Under the pieces are notes generated by a model. The model was given only the letters and a program-made list of their open reading frames with translations, was not told the origin of the DNA and did no database searches. From Hyphomonas sp. (GTDB taxonomy: Bacteria; Pseudomonadota; Alphaproteobacteria; Caulobacterales; Hyphomonadaceae): 64,000 nt of DNA. Of this stretch, positions 20,570 through 29,919 are shown one piece after another; position 1 is the first letter of the stretch; each line of letters begins with the position of its first letter. Where the stretch lies: NCBI GenBank assembly GCA_040216775.1, contig JAVJOM010000047.1:25941-89940 (forward strand), in the 5' to 3' direction. Both the position numbers and the translations under genes were made by a program.

Positions 20570-21253
20570 TCACTTGCAGGTCCGGCCACTGCCCATGTCG
20601 AAGTGGAAATGGTCGCGGTGGGCCGCATTGTAATCCGGGCCGAGCGTGACCGAGAAGATATCGCAGCCACCCTTGTGCACCCGTTTCAGGAATTTGGCTT
20701 CCGTTCCACCTTGTTTCCAATGGGTTTTCACGTCGATCAGGCGGCCATCTTCGAGGCGGAAGCCTGAAATGTCGACCGCATTGGCGTGGGCGTGTTCCGA
20801 GAGCCGCCCGCTGCCGGCGATATTGCGGCAGGAAAAGCTGCCATAGGTCTCGATCCGGGCAAGGGGCGAGCCGAGTATGTCGACAGCGGCAGGGCGGGCG
20901 ACATGACGCTCCCAAGTGTAGAGGGCAGCGGTCTCGGCGCAAGTCATCTGCAGGGTGGCTGAGTAGGGGGTCAGGGTGCGGTCGAGCGTGAGGGCGTTGC
21001 GAAGCCCGCATTTTTCGCTCTTCGGGGCATCTTCGAGCGGTGTGTAGAGGATTCCGGCCGAATCGAGGGCGGAAAAGCAGACCTCGCGATGCGTCCGGGC
21101 CCGTTCCAGTTTTGCGTGGGTGCCGAGGCCGAGCTTGTCGGTCAGGTCGATGGGCGCGAACGGATTGTGGCGCGGCGGGGCCAGCCACAGGAACAGGGCG
21201 ACCACCAGAAGCGGCACGGTCAGCAAGACAATCCAAGCCCGAAACTCAGTCAT
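20570..21253 (-). CDS. Extensin-like C-terminal domain protein (M15-type peptidase fold)
   Basis: GSFSCRN, SEHAHANAVD, LGPDYNAAHRDHFHFD; N-terminal TM segment. Confidence 0.88.
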   Translation of the reverse strand: MTEFRAWIVLLTVPLLVVALFLWLAPPRHNPFAPIDLTDKLGLGTHAKLERARTHREVCFSALDSAGILYTPLEDAPKSEKCGLRNALTLDRTLTPYSATLQMTCAETAALYTWERHVARPAAVDILGSPLARIETYGSFSCRNIAGSGRLSEHAHANAVDISGFRLEDGRLIDVKTHWKQGGTEAKFLKRVHKGGCDIFSVTLGPDYNAAHRDHFHFDMGSGRTCK

Positions 21254-21264
21254 TTGCTTGCGTT

Positions 21265-21280
21265 TTACCCATTCCTTAAC
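21265..21280 (+). promoter_or_regulatory. CtrA-box-like site
   Basis: TTAC-ccattcc-TTAAC, one mismatch to TTAA-N7-TTAAC, between the extensin-like gene and parC. Confidence 0.45.
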
Positions 21281-21374
21281 CAAACCGCCGTTTCTGTTAA
21301 TCTGCGCAATGAACCGAGTCGGTATAGGCAAGGTTCCTGCACCAGAATGTGGCACGAGATGCAAAGAGGCCAGA

Positions 21375-23609
21375 ATGTCCGACCTGCTTGACGGTGGTCC
21401 CGAAGACCGGATCATCAATGAACCCATGAGCGAGGCGCTGTCGAAGCGCTATCTCGCCTATGCGCTCTCGACAATCACATCACGGGCCTTGCCTGATGTG
21501 CGCGACGGCCTGAAGCCGGTTCAGCGGCGCATCCTGTACGGGATGCGGGAGCTGAAGCTGGATCCGGAAGGCGGTTTCCGCAAGTGCGCCAAGATCGTCG
21601 GCGACGTGATGGGTAACTATCACCCGCACGGCGACAGCTCGATCTATGACACGCTGGTGCGCCTGGCGCAGGATTTCAACGTCCGCTACCCGCTGGTCGA
21701 TGGCCAGGGCAACTTTGGCAATATCGACGGTGATAGCGCGGCGGCCTATCGTTATACCGAAGCGCGGATGACCCATGCAGCCGAACTGCTGCTGGACGGT
21801 CTGGGCGAGAATGCGGTCGACTTCCGCGCTAACTATGCCGAGAATGACGAAGAGCCGGTTGTCCTGCCAGCCGGTTTCCCGAACCTGCTGTGCAATGGCG
21901 CGACGGGTATTGCCGTGGGCATGGCGACCAGCATTCCGCCGCATAATGCGGCTGAAGTGATTGATGCGGCCCGGTTCCTTATCGAGACGCCAAAGGCGAC
22001 CACGGCGGATCTGATGCAGTTCGTGAAGGGGCCTGATTTCCCGACCGGCGGCGTCATCGTCGAATCCCACGAATCCATGCTCGAAGCCTATGAGACGGGC
22101 CGGGGCGGTTTCCGCATGCGGGCCAAGTGGGAGGTCGAGGATACCGGCCGTGGCACGTACCAGATCATCGTCACGGAAATTCCCTATCAGGTTCAGAAAT
22201 CGCGCCTGCTCGAGAAGCTAGGCGAACTGCTGGAACAGAAGAAGCTGCCGCTGCTGGACGATGTGCGCGATGAGAGCGCCGAAGATGTGCGGTTGGTTCT
22301 GGTGCCGCGCGCCAAGACGGTTGAGCCGGACGTGCTGATGGAAAGCCTGTTCAAGTCTTGCGACCTGGAAACGCGCTTCAGCATGAACATGAACGTGCTG
22401 CACAAGGGCGCGCCACAGGTGATGGGCCTGAAAGATGTGTTGCTGGCCTATCTGGAGCATCGCCGCGAAGTGGTCGTGCGCCGGGCCGAGTTCCGTCTCG
22501 ACAAGATCGAGAAGCGCCTGCACCTGCTCGACGGTTACCTGATTGCCTATCTGAATATCGACGAAGTGATCCGCATCATCCGTGAAGAGGATGAGCCGAA
22601 ACAGGTGATGATCGCGCGCTTTGGCATCACTGACATTCAGGCCGAAGCTATCCTGAACCTGCGTTTGCGCGCCTTGCGCAAGCTGGAAGAAATGGAAATA
22701 CGCGGCGAGCACACCAAGCTGGTCGAAGAGCGCGATGAACTGGTCAAGCTGATCGGGTCGACGCGCCGCCAGTGGACGACCGTATCCAAGCAGTTGAAAG
22801 CCGCGCGCGACCAGCTGACCGAAGACCCGGCGCTGGGCGACCGCCGCGCCGCGTTTGAAGACGCGCCGGATGTTGATCTTGCCGCCGCGCTCGAAGCCTC
22901 CCGCCCGAAGGAACCGCTGACGGTTGTCCTGTCAGCGCAGGGCTGGATCAGGGGCATGAAGGGCCACGGCCTGGACCCCGATTCCACCAAATTCAAGGAT
23001 GGCGACGAGCTGTACCTGAGCGAGGAAGTGATGAGCACCGACAAGATCATCCTGATGGCATCGGATGGCCGGGCGTTCACGCTTATGGCAGACAAGTTGC
23101 CGGGCGGACGTGGACATGGCGAACCGATCCGCCTGTCCATCGACCTGGAAGACAGCGTCGATATCGTCGCGATGTTCAAGCTGGAAGACGAGCGCAAGCG
23201 CGTCATGGCCTCCACGGTCGGTTACGGCTTTATCGTCACCGAGAAGGAACTGGAATCCAACCGCAAGGCCGGCAAGCAGGCCGTGAACACCGGCGATGGC
23301 ACATTGAACGTGTGCATGCCGGTTGAAGGCGACATGCTGGCCGTGGTCGGGTCGAACCGGAAGATGCTGATCTTCCCGCTGGACGAGCTGCCGGAAATGT
23401 CTCGCGGCAAGGGCAACAAGCTGCAGGCCTATCGCGGCAAGGACACGCTGGCCGACCTGATGACGTTCGACAAGGAAGACGGCCTGATTGTGATGGCGGG
23501 TGGACGCCACCGCGCCTTCCCGGAATGGCAGGAATGGATCGGCAAGCGCGCACAGGCGGGCAAGACCGTGCCAAAAGGTTTCCCGCGCACGGGCACATTT
23601 AATGGCTGA
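21375..23609 (+). CDS. parC: DNA topoisomerase IV subunit A
   Basis: RALPDVRDGLKPVQRR, YHPHGDSSIY, AAAYRYTEAR; short C-terminal domain with no GyrA box. Confidence 0.95.
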   Translation: MSDLLDGGPEDRIINEPMSEALSKRYLAYALSTITSRALPDVRDGLKPVQRRILYGMRELKLDPEGGFRKCAKIVGDVMGNYHPHGDSSIYDTLVRLAQDFNVRYPLVDGQGNFGNIDGDSAAAYRYTEARMTHAAELLLDGLGENAVDFRANYAENDEEPVVLPAGFPNLLCNGATGIAVGMATSIPPHNAAEVIDAARFLIETPKATTADLMQFVKGPDFPTGGVIVESHESMLEAYETGRGGFRMRAKWEVEDTGRGTYQIIVTEIPYQVQKSRLLEKLGELLEQKKLPLLDDVRDESAEDVRLVLVPRAKTVEPDVLMESLFKSCDLETRFSMNMNVLHKGAPQVMGLKDVLLAYLEHRREVVVRRAEFRLDKIEKRLHLLDGYLIAYLNIDEVIRIIREEDEPKQVMIARFGITDIQAEAILNLRLRALRKLEEMEIRGEHTKLVEERDELVKLIGSTRRQWTTVSKQLKAARDQLTEDPALGDRRAAFEDAPDVDLAAALEASRPKEPLTVVLSAQGWIRGMKGHGLDPDSTKFKDGDELYLSEEVMSTDKIILMASDGRAFTLMADKLPGGRGHGEPIRLSIDLEDSVDIVAMFKLEDERKRVMASTVGYGFIVTEKELESNRKAGKQAVNTGDGTLNVCMPVEGDMLAVVGSNRKMLIFPLDELPEMSRGKGNKLQAYRGKDTLADLMTFDKEDGLIVMAGGRHRAFPEWQEWIGKRAQAGKTVPKGFPRTGTFNG

Positions 23610-24003
23610 GACCACAAGCGGCCAACGCATTTCTGCCTTGTCGCTGCTGGTGCCGGAATATGAGTCCGGCATAGCGTTCTATGTCGGCAAGCTCGGGTTT
23701 GACCTGCTGGAAGATACCGACATGGGCGGTGGCAAGCGCTGGGTGCGCGTGCGGCCCAAAGGCGGCGGGGTCGAGCTCTTACTGGCGCGCGCGGTGACCG
23801 ACGAACAGAGAGCCGCGATTGGCAACCAGTCGGGCGGGCACGTGTTCCTGTTCCTCGAGACGGACGATTTCGACCGGGACCATGCGGCCTATGCGGCGGC
23901 AGGCGTGACCTTCCTCGAAGCGCCGCGCAGCGAGCCCTATGGCAAGGTCGTCGTGATGCAGGACCCGTTCGGGAACAAATGGGATCTGATTCAGCCGGTC
24001 TAG
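23602..24003 (+). CDS. VOC/glyoxalase family protein
   Basis: FYVGKLGF, KRWVRV, PYGKVVVMQDPFGNKWDL. Confidence 0.9.
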   Translation: MAETTSGQRISALSLLVPEYESGIAFYVGKLGFDLLEDTDMGGGKRWVRVRPKGGGVELLLARAVTDEQRAAIGNQSGGHVFLFLETDDFDRDHAAYAAAGVTFLEAPRSEPYGKVVVMQDPFGNKWDLIQPV

Positions 24004-24072
24004 CGTAGCGCGCCCCTGCAAAATTATTGATTCAGTCGCTCCCTTTTACCGTGAGATACGGGTTCTCACTTA

Positions 24073-24100
24073 TTGAATCTGAATCGTTTCGCGCCCAACT
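24073..24100 (+). promoter_or_regulatory. Putative RpoH (sigma32)-type promoter of hsp20
   Basis: TTGAA...CCCAACT (TTG-N18-CCCAACT) upstream of a small heat-shock gene. Confidence 0.4.
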
Positions 24101-24161
24101 TTCACCAAGCGGCACCGTCCGTTTCGGATTTGCGCGTCGCATGTTGAGAAAGGAGATTGAT

Positions 24162-24665
24162 ATGACATTCAGAGATATGATTCCCTTTGGAAGCCGGTCG
24201 AACTTTCCTGTGCTTTCGCCTGCGAACGACCCATTTGAAACGCTTCATCGCGAGATCGACCGTCTTTTCCATGATGTTTGGCAAGGTAAAGCCTTAGGTA
24301 CCTCCAATGGATCGGCAAATGGCACAATTCGGATGCCCGAAATTGAAGTGTCTGAGACCGACGAGGCCTACATGATCGAAGCTGACCTGCCTGGCATGAG
24401 CGAGAACGAAGTCGAAGTGAACGTGGTTGACGGCGTCCTGACAATCGAAGGCGAACGCAAGCACGAAGAGGAAAAGAAGGAAAAGGGCGTGCAGTATTCG
24501 GAACGGTCTTACGGCATGTTCAAACGGACACTGCAATTGCCGGCCGATGTAAATGAAGATGATATCAAGGCGTCGTTCAAGAACGGTGTCATTCACGTCG
24601 AGCTGCCGAAATCGCCGGAGAAGGCCGAGAAGGCCCGGCGCGTTGAAATAAGGAATGCGAACTAG
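24162..24665 (+). CDS. Hsp20/alpha-crystallin small heat-shock protein
   Basis: AAGGAG RBS; ADLPGM, LTIEGER, ERSYGMFKRTLQLP, ASFKNGV. Confidence 0.93.
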   Translation: MTFRDMIPFGSRSNFPVLSPANDPFETLHREIDRLFHDVWQGKALGTSNGSANGTIRMPEIEVSETDEAYMIEADLPGMSENEVEVNVVDGVLTIEGERKHEEEKKEKGVQYSERSYGMFKRTLQLPADVNEDDIKASFKNGVIHVELPKSPEKAEKARRVEIRNAN

Positions 24666-24693
24666 GCAAACGACCGACGTTTTCTGCAATGAT

Positions 24694-24721
24694 TGAAAGG
24701 CTGCCTGTGGGCAGCCTTTCA
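24694..24721. terminator. Hairpin between the convergent hsp20 and sirtuin genes (probable bidirectional terminator)
   Basis: Perfect 12-bp stem TGAAAGGCTGCC-tgtg-GGCAGCCTTTCA. Confidence 0.75.
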
Positions 24722-24729
24722 TATATTGG

Positions 24730-25479
24730 TCAATCGGATAGCCGCTCCAGCACATCACTCATAAGCGGCCCGATCTCGGTGTGCAGAACCATGTCTGCAT
24801 ATGGATCCTGTTCGGTGGGTTCGCGGTTGATGATGGCGAGGCGGGCACCATTGCGTTTGGCCTCCAGCGGGATGCCCGCTGCGGGATAGACGACAAGGGA
24901 TGAGCCGAGCACGAGGCAGAGATCGCACAGCAGGGCCTCTTCGGCGGCGCGGGCCATTTCGTCTTCCGGCATGGCCTGACCGAACGAGATGGTCGCGGTT
25001 TTGATAAGACCGGTGCAGAAGAGGCAGGTGAGGTCCTCGTCTACTTCCCAGCGCGGCCTCAATTTTTCGATCTCGTAGCGCTTTCCGCAAGTGAGGCAGC
25101 GCGCATAGGTGGCGTTGCCGTGCACCTCGATCACCTGTTCAGGCGGAACGCCGGAATCCTGGTGGAGGTTATCGACATTCTGCGTGATGACGCTGGTCAC
25201 CTTGCCGATAGCAACCAATTTGGCCACCGCGAGGTGTCCGGCATTGGGGCTGGCGCCGACCCAGCCGGCGGAGCGGTTAAACACGCGCGTCCATGCTTCG
25301 CGGCGCTTGTCGCGGGAGTCGACGAAATCCTGGTAATAGATCGGCGTCATCTTGCTCCAGACGCCGCCGGGGCTGCGGAAATCGGGTATGCCGCTTTCGG
25401 TGGAGATGCCTGCTCCGGTGAAGACCACGACCCGGTTGGCCTTGTCGATCATGCGGGCGAGGGCATCAGCGTCGGACAT
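24730..25479 (-). CDS. cobB: Sir2-family NAD-dependent deacylase
   Basis: TGAGISTESGIPDFRS, TQNVDNLH, VHG, two CxxC motifs, GSSLVVYPAA. Confidence 0.92.
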   Translation of the reverse strand: MSDADALARMIDKANRVVVFTGAGISTESGIPDFRSPGGVWSKMTPIYYQDFVDSRDKRREAWTRVFNRSAGWVGASPNAGHLAVAKLVAIGKVTSVITQNVDNLHQDSGVPPEQVIEVHGNATYARCLTCGKRYEIEKLRPRWEVDEDLTCLFCTGLIKTATISFGQAMPEDEMARAAEEALLCDLCLVLGSSLVVYPAAGIPLEAKRNGARLAIINREPTEQDPYADMVLHTEIGPLMSDVLERLSD

Positions 25480-25588
25480 GCGGCGAGTTTAAGCAAAGTT
25501 GATTGCCAAGGGCCAGTGGATTGGCCCGACTTGCGCAAAACGACTATGGCCGCTAGGCCTTATGTATCTTTTTTGTGGAGGGACGGCC

Positions 25589-26152
25589 ATGAGCCCCATT
25601 CTAATCGTTCTGGCGGCAGTCGTCGCCATCGTCGGCTTTGTCATCCTGATCTACAACGGATTGGTGATGAAGCGTCAGCGGGTCAATCAGGCCTTTGCGG
25701 ACGTGGATGTGCAGCTGAAACAGCGCCAGAACCTGATCCCGAACCTTGTCGAGACCGTGAAGGGCTATGCCAAGCACGAGCAGGAAACATTCCAGCAGGT
25801 GATCGCGGCGCGCAGTGCAGCGCAGTCAGCGTCGACACCTGCAGAAATGTCAGCCGCCGAAGGCATGCTGACCGGCGCGCTGGGCAAGCTCTTTGCGCTG
25901 GCCGAAGCCTATCCGGACCTTAAAGCCAACCAGAACTTCATCCAGCTGCAGAACGAACTCTCGGCGATTGAAGACAAGCTGGCTGCGGCGCGGCGTTTCT
26001 ACAACTCCGCCGTTCAGGACTACAACACGTCGCGCGAACAGTTCCCCGGCTCTGTAATTGCCGGCATGTTCAACTTCGAGGCGCGTGACTTCTTCGATGT
26101 CGGCGTTGAAGGTCGCGAGACCCTATCGACCCCGCCAAAGGTGGAGTTCTAG
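25589..26152 (+). CDS. lemA: LemA family protein
   Basis: N-terminal TM; LIPNLVETVKGYA, EAYPDLKANQNF, RRFYN. Confidence 0.94.
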   Translation: MSPILIVLAAVVAIVGFVILIYNGLVMKRQRVNQAFADVDVQLKQRQNLIPNLVETVKGYAKHEQETFQQVIAARSAAQSASTPAEMSAAEGMLTGALGKLFALAEAYPDLKANQNFIQLQNELSAIEDKLAAARRFYNSAVQDYNTSREQFPGSVIAGMFNFEARDFFDVGVEGRETLSTPPKVEF

Positions 26153-26206
26153 GCGCGCCTGTTTTCCTGTAGTGTGTCGCTCGTGTTTGTCATGGGAGGA
26201 CGCATC

Positions 26207-26536
26207 ATGAAACCATTCATCCTGGTCTCAGCGCTGTTGCTGGGCGCGTGTGTGAGTTCCGGCGCGAGCTGGAGTGCCTCGAGTTGGGACGGTCTCGTCC
26301 CACAAACGATTGCGACGCAAAACTATGCTTTCATGGCCGCGCCGATGGCCGGGCAGGGGTTCAAGCTGAAACTGTCGATCAAGACCGATGGCAGCTTTGG
26401 CGTCGCCAACGCCGGGCCGCCGACAGATGATGCACTGCAGCAGGCAGCGATAGTCGCCGCGCCGGATGGCTGTACGTTCGTGACGCTGGAGCGCACCGCC
26501 GATGGCGGGGCCGAAGCCACGTATGATTGCGACTAG
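26207..26536 (+). CDS. Putative lipoprotein
   Basis: GGAGG RBS; MKPFILVSALLLGAC lipobox; C-terminal Cys pair. Confidence 0.72.
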   Translation: MKPFILVSALLLGACVSSGASWSASSWDGLVPQTIATQNYAFMAAPMAGQGFKLKLSIKTDGSFGVANAGPPTDDALQQAAIVAAPDGCTFVTLERTADGGAEATYDCD

Positions 26537-27663
26537 GCGCGCGCCCTGAACCAGGGCGTGATGCGGGCAAGGGCGTCTTCAAGTTCGGACGTCGATACGG
26601 CGAACGAGAAGCGCATGTAATGGTGGCCATCGACAGGGTCGAAATCGACGCCGGGCGCTGTGGCGACGCCGGTATCCCTGAGCAGTTGCATGCAGAACTC
26701 GAGGCTGTCATCGGTGAAGCGCGAGATATCCGCATAGATGTAGAAGGCGCCGTCTGGCGGGGCGATGCGTTCGAGGCCGAGCGCAGGCAGGGCCGCAAGC
26801 ATCAGCTCGCGATTGCGGGTGTAGGTCTGGACGTGGCCTTCCAGTTCGTCGCGGCAATCCATGGCGACGAGGCCAGCATGCTGGGACAGGGAAGGCGCGG
26901 TCAGGAACATGTTGCCGATATAGGCCGCGACGCGGGCGGCCATGTCATCCGGCGAGACGATCCAGCCAAGCCGCCAGCCCGCCATGGAGAAGTATTTCGA
27001 GAAGGAATTGATGACGAAGGCATCGGCAGTGTGTTCGAGGATCGAGGCTGTGTCCGGCCCGTAAGACAGGCCGTGATAAATCTCGTCGGAGATGATGCGG
27101 ATGCCACGTTTCGCGCAGATGGCCACAATGGCGGCGAGTTCGGCTTCGGGCAGGATCGTGCCGGTGGGATTGGCGGGGCTGGCGATAATGAGGCCAGCCG
27201 GTGCCGGATCAAGCGCGGCGATCTGGGCGGCGCTGAGCTGGAAGCGGGTCTCCGCGCCGCACTCTATCTCCAGGGGGACAAGGTTCAGGGCGCGTAGCGT
27301 GTTGCGGTAGGCAACATAGCCGGGGCGGGCGAGCGCGACCGTGTCACCGGGCGCGAAGGCCGATGACAAGGCGAGCACCAGAGCCGGAGATGCGCCGCAT
27401 GTGATGGCCAGGCGCCGGGGGGTGACTTCCACGCCATACGTGTCGGCATAATGCTGGCAGATCCGTGTCTTGAGGGCCGGGCTTTCCCAATAGCCCATCG
27501 ATTCTGTGTCGAGAATTGTGTGCGCTGCTTCGACGGCCCGCTTGGGTGCGCCTGTCGATGGCTGGCCAAATTCCATATGGATGACCGATCGCCCTGCAGC
27601 CTGCAGTTCGTGAGCGAGGCGGCTGACGGCGATGGCCTGGAAAGGGGAGACGTCCTGGCTCAA
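26533..27663 (-). CDS. PLP-dependent aminotransferase class I/II
   Basis: SPANPTG, ISDEIYHG, NSFSKYFSMAGWRLGW; probable TTG start overlapping the dctM stop (an ATG at 27688 is the alternative). Confidence 0.88.
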   Translation of the reverse strand: MSQDVSPFQAIAVSRLAHELQAAGRSVIHMEFGQPSTGAPKRAVEAAHTILDTESMGYWESPALKTRICQHYADTYGVEVTPRRLAITCGASPALVLALSSAFAPGDTVALARPGYVAYRNTLRALNLVPLEIECGAETRFQLSAAQIAALDPAPAGLIIASPANPTGTILPEAELAAIVAICAKRGIRIISDEIYHGLSYGPDTASILEHTADAFVINSFSKYFSMAGWRLGWIVSPDDMAARVAAYIGNMFLTAPSLSQHAGLVAMDCRDELEGHVQTYTRNRELMLAALPALGLERIAPPDGAFYIYADISRFTDDSLEFCMQLLRDTGVATAPGVDFDPVDGHHYMRFSFAVSTSELEDALARITPWFRARA

Positions 27664-29246
27664 TTGGCCGCGAGGCTCGGCAGCCATGTCGCGAGTGCCG
27701 GGACGGCGGCGACGAGTATGATCATCGCGACCTGAAGTCCGATAAAGGGAATGGCACCGCGCCAGATATCCATCGTGGCGATCTCGTCCGGCGCTGCGCC
27801 GCGCAGGTAGAACAGTGCGAAGCCGAAGGGTGGTGTGAGGAAGCTGGTCTGCAGGTTCAGCGCCATGAGGATGGCGAGCCAAACCGGATCAAAGCCGAGA
27901 ATGATCAGCGGCGGGGCAACCAGCGGCACGACCACGAAGACGATTTCGATGAAGTCGAGGAAGAAGCCGAGAATGAACATGACCAGCATGGTGAGCGCGA
28001 GCGCGCCCCATTTGCCGCCGGGGGCCTGGTGCAGGATGGCCGCGACCATTTCATCGCCGCCATATCCGCGGAAGACGAGGCTGAACAGGGATGCGCCGAT
28101 CAGGATGAGGAACACCATGCTGGTGATGTGAGTGGCGCTGGTGAGCGCGGGCATCAGCTGGCGCACCTTGCGCAGGACGAGCAGGCTGGCAGCGAAAGCT
28201 GCAAAGAAGACCAGGCTGGCGAGCACTGTCAGCACGATGCCGATGGTGTTACCGGCGGTGATGGTTTCGACACCGGCGCGCAGATCCATCGTGTTGCGCA
28301 GAAGGAGGATGGCCGCGATGCTGATGAGGCCGGCGAGGAGCAGCGGCGACAGGCGGCTGTTTGCCTCTTCCGACAGGCGCAGGCCGGCGAGGATGACGGC
28401 GCCTGCAGCGCCGATGGCCGCCGCTTCCGTCGGCGGCGCGACACCGCCAAGGATGGCACCCAGCACGGCAATGATGAGCAGCAGCGGTGCGCCGAGGCCA
28501 AAGGCAACCTCTTTCACGGTGAGCGGAGCCGTATCTTCAGAGACAGAAACAGGCGGGCAGGCAGCGGGCCGGAAGAAGGCCGTCGCGGCGATGTAGAGCA
28601 GGTAGAACACGACCAGCAGCACGCCGGGAATGAGCGCCCCGGCAAACAGGTCGCCAACCGAGACCACGCCGGACCCGGTGCCTATCTTCAGGCTGGCCTG
28701 GCTGGCGGCGTTCGAGACGGCATCGGCGAGCAGGATGAGGACAATGGATGGCGGGATGATCTGGCCGAGCGTGCCGGAGGCCGCGATGGTGCCTGTGGCA
28801 AGTTTCGGGTCATAGCCCTGCCGCAGCATGGTGGGCAGGGCGATCAGCGTCATGGTGATGACGGTGGCGCCGACAATGCCTGTGGAGGCTGCAAGCAGCG
28901 CGCCGACAAGTATCACGGCATAGCCCAGACCGCCGCGCACACGAGCGAGCAGGCGGCTGGCAATATGGAGAAGGTCTTCAGCGACGCGGGAGCGTTCGAG
29001 GATGACGCCCATCAGCACGAACAGCGGCACGGCGACCAGTGTCTGGCTCTGCATGATCGAGCTGCCCTGAATACGGCTGGGGAAGGCGATCAGGAAAGAC
29101 GCGGAGAACGTGCCGGTGGCGATGCCGATCAGGGCGAAGAGAAGCGCCACGCCGCCAAGGGTGAGGGCAACAGAATACCCTGCCAGCAGGCTGAGAATCG
29201 CGCAGGCGAACATGGCGACGGCGAGGATGATTTCAAACTCCATCAT
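27660..29246 (-). CDS. dctM: TRAP transporter large permease
   Basis: AVPLFVLMG, GTLGQIIPPSI, SFLTPPFGFALFYLRG. Confidence 0.92.
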   Translation of the reverse strand: MMEFEIILAVAMFACAILSLLAGYSVALTLGGVALLFALIGIATGTFSASFLIAFPSRIQGSSIMQSQTLVAVPLFVLMGVILERSRVAEDLLHIASRLLARVRGGLGYAVILVGALLAASTGIVGATVITMTLIALPTMLRQGYDPKLATGTIAASGTLGQIIPPSIVLILLADAVSNAASQASLKIGTGSGVVSVGDLFAGALIPGVLLVVFYLLYIAATAFFRPAACPPVSVSEDTAPLTVKEVAFGLGAPLLLIIAVLGAILGGVAPPTEAAAIGAAGAVILAGLRLSEEANSRLSPLLLAGLISIAAILLLRNTMDLRAGVETITAGNTIGIVLTVLASLVFFAAFAASLLVLRKVRQLMPALTSATHITSMVFLILIGASLFSLVFRGYGGDEMVAAILHQAPGGKWGALALTMLVMFILGFFLDFIEIVFVVVPLVAPPLIILGFDPVWLAILMALNLQTSFLTPPFGFALFYLRGAAPDEIATMDIWRGAIPFIGLQVAMIILVAAVPALATWLPSLAAN

Positions 29247-29907
29247 GGCCTCCGATTTCGCCAGTGATGGGTTTGGCGGCCGGCGGCAGCGCGCCTGTCA
29301 GCCGGAGCGCCGCCTTGAGCGCCACGGACAGGCCGGCGCCCATCAGCAGTACAGCGAAGACCGGCACGAGCGTCTTGAACAGGAATAGAATGGGCAGGCC
29401 ATCAGATTCCCGCGAACCTTCGAGCAATGACCAGGAGCGGGTCAGGCCCTGCTCTCCGCTGGTGATGAGGCGGAAGCAGATCGGGAAGAGGAAAAGGTAG
29501 GTTCCGGCCAGCTCGATCCAGTTGCGGCCTGTCTCGCCGAAGCGGGGCCGCAGGATGTCGACCCGGACATGGGCGTCATCGCGCAGCGCCGCTGCCGAGC
29601 CGAGCATGAACATCGCGGCGAAAGCGTAGATCACGACCTCGCTAAGCCATGTGAAGGACAGGCCGAAGGCGTAGCGCAGGATGACAACGGCGAGCTGGGA
29701 CACGACAAGCAGCAAGGCGCTGAAAATGGCGGCCTTGAGGGCAGCGCCGGACAAGGCGTCCAGACCTGCGATCATGCGCTTGGCCAAGCCGTCGAGCCAA
29801 CCAGGCACGGCAATGGCGAACAACGGCACGAGGAAGAAGGGCAGGCACAGGATGCCGATGACCTTCAACCAGGCACCGATCAGCAGGAAAACACCGGGAT
29901 CTGTCAT
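29233..29907 (-). CDS. dctQ: TRAP transporter small permease
   Basis: HVRVDIL motif; multiple TM segments; lies between dctP and dctM. Confidence 0.88.
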   Translation of the reverse strand: MTDPGVFLLIGAWLKVIGILCLPFFLVPLFAIAVPGWLDGLAKRMIAGLDALSGAALKAAIFSALLLVVSQLAVVILRYAFGLSFTWLSEVVIYAFAAMFMLGSAAALRDDAHVRVDILRPRFGETGRNWIELAGTYLFLFPICFRLITSGEQGLTRSWSLLEGSRESDGLPILFLFKTLVPVFAVLLMGAGLSVALKAALRLTGALPPAAKPITGEIGGHDGV

Positions 29908-29919
29908 TTCCCCGCCTGC

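Noticed and set aside
24101-24161. ROSE thermometer or CIRCE element at hsp20
   Set aside because: There is no U(U/C)GCU pairing with the SD sequence and no TTAGCACTC-N9-GAGTGCTAA.
24730-25479. Sirtuin as a defence SIR2 NADase partnering the TIR gene
   Set aside because: It is a typical Zn-ribbon CobB-type deacylase with host-like codon usage, 20 kb from the TIR gene.
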